Shown one piece after another: positions 34,412 through 44,473 of a stretch of 64,000 bases of DNA; the first letter of the stretch is position 1; each line of letters begins with the position of its first letter. A model generated the notes under the pieces. The model had not been told where the DNA came from. It made no database searches and saw only the letters and a program-made list of their open reading frames with translations. This DNA comes from Candidatus Shapirobacteria bacterium CG_4_10_14_0_8_um_filter_39_15. Its GTDB lineage: Bacteria; Patescibacteriota; Microgenomatia; UM-FILTER-39-15. Made by a program: the position numbers and the translations under genes. The DNA lies in contig PFLE01000011.1 of the NCBI GenBank assembly GCA_002784465.1, forward strand, positions 3,966 through 67,965. The letters run 5' to 3'.

Positions 34412-34533
34412 AAAATTATGATAACAGAATTGCCTTTTTTTGTTAAACTTTATATGAGCAATCAGACTGATTCGTGGTTTAGGAGGAAGATTGGTTGGTC
34501 TCGCCTGTGTTTGTAATTTGGGAAACATCACAA

Positions 34534-34592
34534 CTACGTTCACACCTTAAAGGTGAATTAGCTTCACACCTCGGGTATTTGTTCACTTACGA
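34534..34592. repeat. REP-B element copy b with a 25-nt tail (…GAATTAGCTTCACACCTCGGGTATTTGTTCACTTACGAG)
   Basis: Same core as copy a. Its tail is shared with copy c. Confidence 0.7.
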
Positions 34593-34664
34593 GATGTTTT
34601 TGAATAAGACTTTCTAAAAAATGCCAATAATCACTTTTGCCCCGATCTATTCCTATAATGTTTA

Positions 34665-35855
34665 TTACTTATACCAATTCCTAAAATTCGGATATGGTCT
34701 ATCGAACATGCAACAAAGCAGTGCCATTCGTACGTCTACTCCATTTCCTACTTGGCGAAAATAAGCCGCCCTTGGGTCACTATCCACTCGAGGGTCTATT
34801 TCTCCTCTTCTGGGCAGAGGATGGATTAATGTTAAATCTTTCTTTGCTTCTTTCATAATTTCCGGCGTTATTCTATAGAGATTTTCGTAACGCCTACATT
34901 CATCAAGATCTTTAAATCTTTCATTTTGAATTCTTGTAACATACAAAACATCAAGTGATGGCAATACTTCCGCCAAATCGCCAGTAACGACTACCTCACT
35001 TTGTCCTCCCCGTGTTAAAGATTCAATAATTGGTTGAGGCATTGATAGTTGTTCAGGAGAAATAAAATAGAACACCGCCGGTCCGCCCATACAGTTCAAC
35101 GATTTAGTCAGCGAATGTACCGTCCTTCCGTGTTTTAAATCCCCCAACATTCCTATATGCAACCTATGTAAATCATTAGCATTTTTGAGTCTTTTTTCCC
35201 AAATAATTGTGGTAATATCCAAAAGAGCTTGACTTGGGTGTTCACCTATTCCATCTCCCGCATTTATGACTCGCGGTTTTGTTCCATCACACCTAGTCAT
35301 AGATTGAAGGGCAAAAGCGGCTATTGCTGCCGCCCCGACTTCAGGGTGCCTTTGAACAATGACTGGAGAAATTTCCCCCATGACAATGGCATTGTCGGCT
35401 ACCGTTTCTCCCTTCGAAAAAGAAGACATTCTTATCATATCAGGGTTAGAAACAACGTCTAATCCCAATATTTGAGCTGCCGCTTCAAAAGACGTCCTTG
35501 TTCTGGTGCTTGGCTCGTAAAATGCAGTTTGCATGGAAAGAGGAAAAAGCCAACTTTTCAACTCAAATAACGCTCGCTGCTCCTTAGACATCCTTGTATC
35601 TCTAATTCTTGTTGCCATATTCACAATTTCAGCAAAATCATTAGCGGTTAACTGTTCCACACTAATAAAACTTTTGTTTCCCCACTCTCCCTCAATTTTT
35701 GGAGGACGCCAATGCTCGGGCATTCCAATTCTTTCCGCCTCTTCCTTCATACTTAACGATCCCTCTCTTTTATTAGTGCTTAATTCGCTCGAATTAGGCT
35801 CAATGATTCTGGTAATATCTGGAATTATTTCAAACCGTTCAACACTGGCAAACAT
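34665..35855 (-). CDS. pyrB: aspartate carbamoyltransferase catalytic-chain-like protein with an N-terminal extension
   Basis: FYEPSTRTRTSFE, HPSQALLD, GDLKHGRTVHSL. Bracketed by direct REP-B copies b and c. Confidence 0.65.
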   Translation of the reverse strand: MFASVERFEIIPDITRIIEPNSSELSTNKREGSLSMKEEAERIGMPEHWRPPKIEGEWGNKSFISVEQLTANDFAEIVNMATRIRDTRMSKEQRALFELKSWLFPLSMQTAFYEPSTRTRTSFEAAAQILGLDVVSNPDMIRMSSFSKGETVADNAIVMGEISPVIVQRHPEVGAAAIAAFALQSMTRCDGTKPRVINAGDGIGEHPSQALLDITTIIWEKRLKNANDLHRLHIGMLGDLKHGRTVHSLTKSLNCMGGPAVFYFISPEQLSMPQPIIESLTRGGQSEVVVTGDLAEVLPSLDVLYVTRIQNERFKDLDECRRYENLYRITPEIMKEAKKDLTLIHPLPRRGEIDPRVDSDPRAAYFRQVGNGVDVRMALLCCMFDRPYPNFRNWYK

Positions 35856-36025
35856 ATTATTAAACTATTCCCTCTCATCGGTGGTTGAAATTTTCTAACA
35901 ATAACTTCTTATTGTGATATCTTCTCATGTTCTTCTTAATAAAGTTTTTGGCTCTAGGAAATTATTATAAAGACAATTTACCCCGGATCAAGTCCCACTT
36001 TAACTTCATACAACAGGTGTCAATG

Positions 36026-36081
36026 TTACCCACCTTAAAGGTGAATTAGCTTCACACCTCGGGTATTTGTTCACTTACGAG
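36026..36081. repeat. REP-B element copy c (same subtype and tail as b)
   Basis: CCACCTTAAAGGTGAATTAGCTTCACACCTCGGGTATTTGTTCACTTACGAG. It contains the dnaE stop codon. Confidence 0.7.
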
Positions 36082-39000
36082 TAATTTTTGAATCTCTTTT
36101 TCTAAATTTTTATTATAATTTACCCCAAAATTCAAAACCAACTTCTTGGTATTGCCATTATTTTCAAAAACCAAAACCCCATTATTTTCACCCGGATTGT
36201 CTTTCAAAATTTTATTCAGTTCAACCAGTATTTCCGGCGCGGTTCCTTTGGGAATATTAACGGTAAAATCATAATGTGTGCCATTCCCGTTGGTTTTTAA
36301 AGTTGAAAGCGAAACTGCTTTTTCCGCAATAATCGAAATTCGATCGTCTCTGATTTCCAGTTTTCCTTCAACAATCACGATTTGATCTTTTACCCAGTTT
36401 GACTTAGACTCGGCATATACTTTAGGAAATACTATTACCTCTATCTTACCGGTTTGGTCTTCAAGCGTGGCAAAAACCATTTCCGAATTGGTTTTTTTGG
36501 TAAAAGTAGTCCGTAAAGCCGATATTATTCCTCCAATTTTAACCTTATCGATTGGTTCATATAAATCGGTTAATTCGCCGATTTTATGGCTAACTTCGTT
36601 TGTCAACAAGGCCAGAACAGCTGTCAGAGGATGCTCGGTTAAATAAAAGCCTAATAAATCTTTTTCCAAAGTGAGCAATTCATTTCTTGAAAATTCTTCA
36701 ATTTTTGGTAAATTATCCTTGCTTTCAATTTTATTCTGATTATCCTCGTCGTTGTTAAACAAATTTCCCTGACCGGAGATTATATTCTTCTGACTATTCT
36801 CGCATCCGAGCCGGATCTTATCTAATCCTGCCAATTGGGCGGCCCGAGATCCGAAGTGATCCATCGCCCCCACTTTAATCAACGATTCTAAAACTTTTTT
36901 ATTGACTTTCTGGCCATTCACCCGCCCGCAAAAATCCGTTAATGTTTTGAAATCGCCATTTTTTGATCTAGCTTCTAAAATCGCTCCAATGGCCGCTTCG
37001 CCGACATTTTTAATGGCCGAAAGTCCAAACCGAATAGCTTTGTCTTCCCGCGAACCAGTATCTCTTTCAATCGTAAAACCAACATCTGATTTGTTAATAT
37101 CCGGCGGTAGAACTTTTATTCCCATATGGTTACATTCCTGAATTCCTTCGGTCACCTTATCCGTATCACCAGATTCCGCTGTTAATAAAGCCGTCATGTA
37201 TTCATCCGGATAATGAGCTTTTAAATAAGCGGTCTGATAAGAAACAAAGCCATAGGATGCCGCGTGAGCTTTGTTAAATCCATACCCTTGAAAAGGAACA
37301 AATAATTCCCAAAGTTTTTCCGCTTCCTTTTTGGAGATGTTGGAAAATTTCTGGCAACCTTCCACAAAAATTTCGTGCTGTTTCGCCATTTCCGCCGGAA
37401 TTTTTTTACCGATCGCGACTCGCAGCTTATCAACCGATTCCCAGTTATAACCGGCCAATTCCATGGCCGTAAACAAAATGTCCTCCTGATAAACTAAAAT
37501 GCCGTAGGATTTGTCGAGAAATTTTTCCATTTTCGGATGAAGATAGGTAACTTTATTCCTCCCGTGTTTTCGGGCAATGAATTCCGGAATATTTGCCATT
37601 GGTCCGGGACGGAATAAGGCAATCATTACCATTAAATCTTCAATTCGGTTTGGTTTAAGATCAATCAACCATTTAGTCATCCCCGATCCGCCCAATTGAA
37701 AAGTTCCCATAGTTTCCCCCCTTGCCAACATATCGAAGGTCTTTTTATCATCAAGAGGTATTTTACCCAAATCAATTTTTTCGCCGATTGCCTTTTCGAT
37801 AATTTCTAAGGCCGATGTTAATATCGAAAGATTTCTTATTCCCAAAATATCAAACTTAACCAGACCAACTTCTTCGCAAGCATGCATTTCGTATTGAGTA
37901 ATTATTTTTATGCCTTCAGGCTCAAGTTGCAAGGGAGTAAAATTCGTCATTTCTTCCGGAGCAACAACGACACCGGCCGCATGAACAGAAGAATGGCGGG
38001 CATTGCCTTCAATTTCCTGTGCCACGTCTAAAACGCGTTTTGCGTCGGGTTCATTGATGTACATCGTTTTTAATTCGGGGGAGATTTCAATCGCGTGTTT
38101 AATCGTCATCGGGAAACCCTGCGACCCCATCGGAATTAATTTGGAAATTTTATCCGGAAAAGAATAAGGATGACCTAAAACTCGGCCAACGTCTCTAACA
38201 GCAGCGCGAGCTAACATCCTACCAAAAGTACAAATTTGAGCAACTTTATTAGCCCCGTATTTTTGAACAATATATGTGATCAATTCGTCTCTGCGATTAT
38301 CGGCAATATCTAAATCTATATCCGGCGGTTTAGGCCGGAAAGGATTTAAAAATCTTTCAAAGGGCAAGGCGTATTTAATCGGATCAACCGAAGTGATTCC
38401 TAAAACATAAGAAACGATCGAACCGGCGGCTGAACCTCTGGTATTTGTAACAATCCCCCGATTGGTACACCAGTTAACCATATCGGCCATTATTAAAAAA
38501 TATGAAGCATAACCCTTATTGATAATTACCTCCAGCTCATAATCGAGTCTTTTTTTTGTTTCTTCGACTGCTTGAGGATATTTTTCCGGAAAACCGGCGG
38601 AAGCCAATTCTTTTAAATAATCTGGCTCTGTTTTACCTTCCGGAAGATCAAATTTTGGAAACAGCCATTTTCCTAGTTCCATTTGCAAATCAACCATTTT
38701 GCTGATTTTAACCGTATTTTTTAAGGCGTCCGGAACATCGGCAAAAAGACTTTTCATTTCTTGCGGTGTTCGAAGATGAAAGGTTGGGTTGTCAACGTAC
38801 CGCAACCTGTCAATATCAGAAACTAATTTCCCCGTTGACACGCAAACCAAAACATCCTGTGCAAAAGCATCCGATTGCTTGAGATAATGAACGTCATTCG
38901 TCGCCACCAAGGGAATCCCTAATTCACGGCTCAATTTTACCGTATCTCTTACCCAAATATCCTCACTCCTTTGCATTTCCGTTAACCTGGTTATGATTTT

Positions 39001-39570
39001 TGCGTCTTTTGTTTTATCCAAATATTGAGAATATTGGTGCCGTTGAATTTCCAAATAATAATTATCTTCACCAAACAAATTTTCATACCATAAGACCGTT
39101 TCTTTAGCCTTCTGGTAATTATTTTCGATTAATAGCTGGCCAATTTCTCCTTTGGGACAAGCAGTCAAACAGATTAAACCTTCGTGATATTTTTTTAAAA
39201 CTTCTTTGTCAAAACGCGGACGGTAATAAAAACCTTCCAATTGGGCAATGGTAGAAATTTTCATCAGGTTTTTATAACCTTCTAAATTTTTGGCAATCAA
39301 AACCAGGTGGTTGTTTTCTTTGTCGCTTTTTCCTTCTTTTTTCCGAAGGTCACCATTGACGATATACCCTTCCATCCCAATCAACGGTTTAATTTCTTGA
39401 TCTAAACATTCTTTATAAAATTCAATTGCCCCATACATAACTCCATGATCGGTTAATGCCACTGAATCCATACCAAGATTCTTTACATAAGAAACAAGAT
39501 TTTTTATCTTAGGAAGTCCGTCTAAAAGGGAATATTCGCTGTGAACATGAAGATGAACAAAATCAGCCAT
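36052..39570 (-). CDS. dnaE: DNA polymerase III alpha subunit
   Basis: PHP domain start MADFVHLHVHSEYSLLDG (preferred start 39570; ORF-track 39600). About 1170 aa with polymerase, HhH and OB regions. Confidence 0.9.
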   Translation of the reverse strand: MADFVHLHVHSEYSLLDGLPKIKNLVSYVKNLGMDSVALTDHGVMYGAIEFYKECLDQEIKPLIGMEGYIVNGDLRKKEGKSDKENNHLVLIAKNLEGYKNLMKISTIAQLEGFYYRPRFDKEVLKKYHEGLICLTACPKGEIGQLLIENNYQKAKETVLWYENLFGEDNYYLEIQRHQYSQYLDKTKDAKIITRLTEMQRSEDIWVRDTVKLSRELGIPLVATNDVHYLKQSDAFAQDVLVCVSTGKLVSDIDRLRYVDNPTFHLRTPQEMKSLFADVPDALKNTVKISKMVDLQMELGKWLFPKFDLPEGKTEPDYLKELASAGFPEKYPQAVEETKKRLDYELEVIINKGYASYFLIMADMVNWCTNRGIVTNTRGSAAGSIVSYVLGITSVDPIKYALPFERFLNPFRPKPPDIDLDIADNRRDELITYIVQKYGANKVAQICTFGRMLARAAVRDVGRVLGHPYSFPDKISKLIPMGSQGFPMTIKHAIEISPELKTMYINEPDAKRVLDVAQEIEGNARHSSVHAAGVVVAPEEMTNFTPLQLEPEGIKIITQYEMHACEEVGLVKFDILGIRNLSILTSALEIIEKAIGEKIDLGKIPLDDKKTFDMLARGETMGTFQLGGSGMTKWLIDLKPNRIEDLMVMIALFRPGPMANIPEFIARKHGRNKVTYLHPKMEKFLDKSYGILVYQEDILFTAMELAGYNWESVDKLRVAIGKKIPAEMAKQHEIFVEGCQKFSNISKKEAEKLWELFVPFQGYGFNKAHAASYGFVSYQTAYLKAHYPDEYMTALLTAESGDTDKVTEGIQECNHMGIKVLPPDINKSDVGFTIERDTGSREDKAIRFGLSAIKNVGEAAIGAILEARSKNGDFKTLTDFCGRVNGQKVNKKVLESLIKVGAMDHFGSRAAQLAGLDKIRLGCENSQKNIISGQGNLFNNDEDNQNKIESKDNLPKIEEFSRNELLTLEKDLLGFYLTEHPLTAVLALLTNEVSHKIGELTDLYEPIDKVKIGGIISALRTTFTKKTNSEMVFATLEDQTGKIEVIVFPKVYAESKSNWVKDQIVIVEGKLEIRDDRISIIAEKAVSLSTLKTNGNGTHYDFTVNIPKGTAPEILVELNKILKDNPGENNGVLVFENNGNTKKLVLNFGVNYNKNLEKEIQKLLVSEQIPEV

Positions 39571-40156
39571 TTTGACTCCTGTGTTGTTCCCGTTCTCCAT
39601 CAGAAGCTCTTTGCCATAAATGTTGAAAGACTTCTCCCGGTGTTCCTTTCTGATCGTCTGTCAATTCGTCTAAACTGCTTATTCCCAGGGTGAAAGAAAT
39701 TTTGCCTTCTGCCTTTGCGGCTTTCCAGGGAATTCCTATGGTTTGAATATCCTGTAAAGACGTAACGCCTTCTTTGCCGTGTTCGCCGACGAAAAGAACT
39801 CCAAATTCGTCTCCCACAGAATGAGAACGCATGGCTAAACCATTCGAACCGGCAAGTTTTCCTAATTTGGCCGCCACGGTTTTCAGAACTTCATCTCCGG
39901 TAGCATGATTGAATGCATTATTAACATCTCGAAATTTGGTTAAATCCACGACGGCGACGACCACATTATCCCCAACTGTTTGCGCTTCTTGCATCCTTTC
40001 AAGAATCACTTTTCTTCCAAATTCACTGGTTTTGAATAAACCGGTCAGCTCATCAAAGGTCAAAAGAGATGTTAATCTGGCGTTATCTAAACGTAATTCA
40101 GTATTTTCTTGTTGAAGTAAATCAACTGAAGATAAATTCTCGCCTGCCTCTGCCAT
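39563..40156 (-). CDS. GGDEF-domain protein with a degenerate active-site motif (SVGDEF)
   Basis: DELTGLFKTSEF...VVVAVVDLTKFRDVNNAFNHATGDEVL...RSHSVGDEFGVLF...SFTLGIS. Confidence 0.55.
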   Translation of the reverse strand: MAEAGENLSSVDLLQQENTELRLDNARLTSLLTFDELTGLFKTSEFGRKVILERMQEAQTVGDNVVVAVVDLTKFRDVNNAFNHATGDEVLKTVAAKLGKLAGSNGLAMRSHSVGDEFGVLFVGEHGKEGVTSLQDIQTIGIPWKAAKAEGKISFTLGISSLDELTDDQKGTPGEVFQHLWQRASDGEREQHRSQNG

Positions 40157-40171
40157 AAATCTATAATAAAC

Positions 40172-41548
40172 TTAATTCTTTAACTTTTCTACCAGAATAT
40201 TTCTCACTAAATTCGGGCCAGCCTGACCTTTGGTCAATCTGGCAACTTGTCCAATAAGATATTCTAAAACCGGTGTTTTTCCGCCTTTATAATCCGCTAC
40301 CGGCTTAGGATTGTCAGCTAGTACTTGTTCTATCATCTTTTTCAGATTAGATTCTGTAAGAGAGATTGCGGATTTTTTAGTGGCCAATAACTTGATGATT
40401 TGATCCGGATCCAAGGTTTCTGAATCCACCTTTTTATTAATTATGGCGTTAGCAATTTCCAAAGGTTCCAGACGATCAGATTGTCCCAGTTTAACGCATT
40501 TTTCAAAATATTCCGCTTTTTCTTTTGTTTCGGTGAGAATAATAGCGTTTGTTTCAGTAAGTCCAAGCTCTTTTATGTATCGTTTTATCTTTGTATCAGG
40601 TAATTCTATTTTTTGAATTTCGAATTTCGAATTTCGAATTTCCGTTTCAGTCCACTGAAACGGAGGGATATCCGGTTCCGGAAAATACCGATAATCTTCG
40701 GCCTCTTCTTTTGTTCTTTGCAAAAAAGTCTTCTGCTTGACTTCATCCCAGCCCCTGGTTGTTTTGTTACCAGATTGTTTTTCTTGCCCTGTTTTTTCAA
40801 ATTCCTCCAATTGCCGTTGAATTTCATAATCAATCGCTTTTTGAGCGAATTTGAATGAGTTAATATTCTTAATCTCAACCAGAGGTGTATACACCATCTC
40901 GCCTTCCTGCTCTCCTGCCTTCTCGCACTCCAAATTCACGGTTGGTTCGCATCTCATTTGTCCCTTTTCCATATCCGCATCCGATATTCCCAAATAGCGG
41001 ATAATTTGCTGGAGTTTTTGTAAATACTCTTTTACTTGTTCTGTTGAAGTAAAGTCAGGTTCGGTAACAATTTCTACCAGCGGTACTCCGCTTCGGTTAA
41101 AATCAATCAAGGTCGCGTTTTCTCCATGTATTAATTTTGCCGTATCTTCTTCTAAATGTACTCTTCTAATTCTCACAATTTTGTCATTGCGAGGAGCCGA
41201 AGGCGACGTGGCAATCTCTTTAATGACAAGAGAACCGTTAATTGCCAGAGGCATATCATATTGAGAAATCTGGTACCCTTTTGGCAAATCAGGGTAAAAG
41301 TAATTTTTCCGGTCAAATTTTGAGATTTCTGGAATCTGGCACCCTAAAGCCAACCCCAGAAGAATCGTCCATTCAATTGCCTTTTGATTGGGGACTGGCA
41401 AAGCCCCGGGTAATCCTAAACAAACCGGGCAAGTGTGGGAGTTTGGTTCAGTTCCAAAATATTCGGCCGAACATGGGCAAAACATTTTCGAAGAAGTTTT
41501 TAATTCAACATGAACTTCTAAACCGATAATTGTTTTAAAATTGATCAT
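40172..41548 (-). CDS. gatB: Asp-tRNA(Asn)/Glu-tRNA(Gln) amidotransferase subunit B
   Basis: MINFKTIIGLEVHVEL...CPCS...CPVCLGLPGALP. Contains the in-frame GAATTTC x3 repeat at 40615-40636. Confidence 0.9.
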   Translation of the reverse strand: MINFKTIIGLEVHVELKTSSKMFCPCSAEYFGTEPNSHTCPVCLGLPGALPVPNQKAIEWTILLGLALGCQIPEISKFDRKNYFYPDLPKGYQISQYDMPLAINGSLVIKEIATSPSAPRNDKIVRIRRVHLEEDTAKLIHGENATLIDFNRSGVPLVEIVTEPDFTSTEQVKEYLQKLQQIIRYLGISDADMEKGQMRCEPTVNLECEKAGEQEGEMVYTPLVEIKNINSFKFAQKAIDYEIQRQLEEFEKTGQEKQSGNKTTRGWDEVKQKTFLQRTKEEAEDYRYFPEPDIPPFQWTETEIRNSKFEIQKIELPDTKIKRYIKELGLTETNAIILTETKEKAEYFEKCVKLGQSDRLEPLEIANAIINKKVDSETLDPDQIIKLLATKKSAISLTESNLKKMIEQVLADNPKPVADYKGGKTPVLEYLIGQVARLTKGQAGPNLVRNILVEKLKN

Positions 41549-42758
41549 TTTTATTGAATACATAGTAACCAAAACCAAAAGCACCAATAGCAACTAACAA
41601 TAAAATGTAGCCTACTCCTATTAAATCAGCAATCGCCCCGGCAAAAAGGACCGGCGGCAAAGATCCTAAAATTACCAAAAAACCTAATGTCCCAAAAACT
41701 CGAGCCCTAAAATTTTCAGGAGTTTGCTCCTGTAAAAAAGTTTGAGTAGGAATAATAAACATCACCGCTCCTGCTCCCAACAACATCATTATTAAGCTGG
41801 CAAGAATCGTAACCTCGTGAAAAAATCCTACGATTATCGCCAGGATAATTAAACTAAAGGAAGAAATAAAAGCGCCGTAGGTGATCATTTTCCGTTTCCG
41901 CCAATTTCCAGCTAGACGATTGACTAAAATTGCGCCGCCGATCGTTCCTAAAGCCAAAGGAATAATCAGTAACGGACCGGCATCGCGGATATCTATTCGA
42001 AGAACATCAACCGCGTATGAAGGTAAAATAACCGTAAAAAGACTGATCACTACTTGAACGGAAATAAGAATTAATAATGGCGCAAGAATATTTCGATGTT
42101 GACTAATATAATGATACCCTTCTCTTAGTTTACCAATCACCATTAAGAATCTTTTGGTATTGATTTTAAGAATTTTATCATTGGGTAATCGGGAAACCAG
42201 CAAGGATGCCAAAATAAGTAAAATCGAGGTAATTAAAAACGGAATTTTTGGACCAGCAATTCTTAATAATGGACCGGATAAGCCGAAACCAATCAGAAAG
42301 GCGGAGTATTGGGTAAAAAGAAAAATAGTATTGGCCGCCGGTAAAAGAGTCTTTGAAACAATCGAAGGTAAAGTCGCCGCTTCCGCCGGAAAGTAAAGTT
42401 GATTGATAATTGAATATAGAAAAATAATAGCATAGACCGCATAAATTTTATTACCAATAAGAAGAAAGCCCAACACCACAACGCTATTGAGAAGCGTGGT
42501 TATTATTAACGTTTTCTTCCTAGAAATCATGTCCACCAAAGCGCCGCTAAATGGACCTAAAATAATGGCTGGTAAGGAATAAAAAATCCAGACTAAAGAA
42601 ACAGAAGTGGTGGAGTGCGTCCGCTCAAAAATATTAATAATAATAATAAAATTAATCATTTGTAAGGTCACTTGAGAAAAAATCTGCGAACCCCAGATTT
42701 TTTGAAAATTTTTAATTTTTAGAATCTCAATGAGTGGATTGTTCATATATTTTTCCAA
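41535..42758 (-). CDS. MFS transporter
   Basis: 12-TM profile with an MFS N-terminal motif region. It sits between gatA and gatB. Confidence 0.75.
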   Translation of the reverse strand: MEKYMNNPLIEILKIKNFQKIWGSQIFSQVTLQMINFIIIINIFERTHSTTSVSLVWIFYSLPAIILGPFSGALVDMISRKKTLIITTLLNSVVVLGFLLIGNKIYAVYAIIFLYSIINQLYFPAEAATLPSIVSKTLLPAANTIFLFTQYSAFLIGFGLSGPLLRIAGPKIPFLITSILLILASLLVSRLPNDKILKINTKRFLMVIGKLREGYHYISQHRNILAPLLILISVQVVISLFTVILPSYAVDVLRIDIRDAGPLLIIPLALGTIGGAILVNRLAGNWRKRKMITYGAFISSFSLIILAIIVGFFHEVTILASLIMMLLGAGAVMFIIPTQTFLQEQTPENFRARVFGTLGFLVILGSLPPVLFAGAIADLIGVGYILLLVAIGAFGFGYYVFNKNDQF

Positions 42759-44112
42759 CTTGGAAAAGCATTTTTTCAGAAAACTGCGGTCCTAAGATTT
42801 GCATTCCTACCGGCAAACCGTCAACGAAACCAGCAGGGATGGATAAACCCGGAATTCCGGCCAAATTGGCGGTTACCGTATAAATATCAGCCAAATACAT
42901 TTGCATTGGGTCATTAACTTTTTCACCAAGTTTAAAAGGCGGATTAGGAGAAACAGGAGAAATCAAAACATCAACCTTTTTAAAAACCTCATTAAAATCC
43001 CTTTTAATTAAGGTTCTCACTTTCATGGCCTTAAGATAATATGCATCGTAATAACCAGCCGACAAAATATAAGTCCCTAGCATTATTCGCCTTTTGGCTT
43101 CATCGCCAAATTTATCCCGATCATTTCCAAATCTTATCCCGTCGTATCTGGCCAAGTTTGACGATACTTCCGCCGGCTGAATAATATAATAAGCGGCTAG
43201 TGCGTATTTTGTATGCGGCAAGGAAACCTCGATAATCTTAGCCCCCAAATCCTCCAAAACCCCTAAAGCCCCCAAGATTTTCTCTTTTATTCTCGCGTCT
43301 AGTCCTTCACCAAAATATTCTTTCGGCAAGCCGATTCTAATCCTTCTTGTCCCCCTATTCCCTCTAATTCCTTCCAAGTAATCTTCTACAGGCTTATTGG
43401 AACTCGTGGCATCCTTGGGATCAAAACCAGCCGTTACTCCTAAAATTAAAGCGCTGTCTTCAACCGTTTTTGTCAGATGTCCCATACAATCTAAAGAAGA
43501 AGCCATCGCCACTACCCCATATCGTGAAACTCGACCATAAGTTGGTTTTAAACCAACGACATTGCAAAAAGAAGCCGGCAAACGGACTGAACCGCCGGTA
43601 TCGGTTCCCATCGCTGCCAGACATTCATCTGCGGCCGCGGCAACGGCTGATCCACTGGAAGAACCGCCGGGGGTTCGTTCCAAATTCCAGGGATTGCGCG
43701 TTGGACCAAAATCAGAATTTTCTCCTGAAGCTCCATGAGCCCATGCGTCGCAATTGGTTTTGCCAATAATAATTGCCCCAGCATTTTTTAATTTGTCAAC
43801 CACGGTCGCATCGTAAACCGGAATATAATTTTCTAAAACTTTTGAACCGGCGGTTGTCTTAATTCCTTTTGTGCAATAAAGATCTTTTAAGGCAATCGGT
43901 ATTCCCAATAAAGGTTTTCTTTCCCTAAATCCCCTATCTATTTCTACCGCTTTTTCTGTTGCTTCTTCCTCGCAAACCGTAATAAAACTGTTTAATTTAG
44001 AATTAGTTTTATTTATCTGTTCCAAACAGGATTTTACTAACTCCAAACAGGAGAATTGCTTTTTTTTTAATCCTTCCCTGGCTTCTTTTATCGTTAATTC
44101 ATTTAACTTCAT
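42727..44112 (-). CDS. gatA: Glu-tRNA(Gln) amidotransferase subunit A
   Basis: Amidase signature GGSSSGSAVAAAA. 461 aa. Confidence 0.9.
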   Translation of the reverse strand: MKLNELTIKEAREGLKKKQFSCLELVKSCLEQINKTNSKLNSFITVCEEEATEKAVEIDRGFRERKPLLGIPIALKDLYCTKGIKTTAGSKVLENYIPVYDATVVDKLKNAGAIIIGKTNCDAWAHGASGENSDFGPTRNPWNLERTPGGSSSGSAVAAAADECLAAMGTDTGGSVRLPASFCNVVGLKPTYGRVSRYGVVAMASSLDCMGHLTKTVEDSALILGVTAGFDPKDATSSNKPVEDYLEGIRGNRGTRRIRIGLPKEYFGEGLDARIKEKILGALGVLEDLGAKIIEVSLPHTKYALAAYYIIQPAEVSSNLARYDGIRFGNDRDKFGDEAKRRIMLGTYILSAGYYDAYYLKAMKVRTLIKRDFNEVFKKVDVLISPVSPNPPFKLGEKVNDPMQMYLADIYTVTANLAGIPGLSIPAGFVDGLPVGMQILGPQFSEKMLFQVGKIYEQSTH

Positions 44113-44146
44113 ATTTATACATTGTTAATTCATTAAGTTTCATAAA

Positions 44147-44193
44147 CTACGTTCACACCTTAAAGGTGAATTACGTTCACACCTTCGTTATTC
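44147..44193. repeat. REP-B element copy d (AACTACGTTCACACCTTAAAGGTGAATTACGTTCACACCTTCG)
   Basis: Intergenic between gatC and gatA. Confidence 0.75.
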
Positions 44194-44472
44194 TATCAAC
44201 CGTTTAACTTTAAACATATCTTTTTCCTTTTGGGCAGCTCCCAACAACGCTTCTTTTTGTGTTTGACAAGGTCTAACCTTGTCAGTTCGAAAAACATTAG
44301 TTAAACCTGTCACGTGGCTGGTTGGCTCAATTCCACTCGTGTTAACTTCCTCCAGAATATTAAAATAATCAAAAACCTCCGAAAGTTGTTTTTGAAATTT
44401 TTCGACTTCAGCATCGGAAATCTCTAATTTAGCTAATTTCGCGACGTGTTTAATTTGTTCTTCGGTTAACAT
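44188..44472 (-). CDS. gatC: Glu-tRNA(Gln) amidotransferase subunit C
   Basis: MLTEEQIKHVAKLAKLEISDAEVEKFQKQLSEVFDYF. Confidence 0.85.
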   Translation of the reverse strand: MLTEEQIKHVAKLAKLEISDAEVEKFQKQLSEVFDYFNILEEVNTSGIEPTSHVTGLTNVFRTDKVRPCQTQKEALLGAAQKEKDMFKVKRLIE

Positions 44473-44473
44473 T

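Noticed and set aside
35533-35898. 121-aa plus-strand ORF
   Set aside because: It is antisense within the pyrB-like gene.
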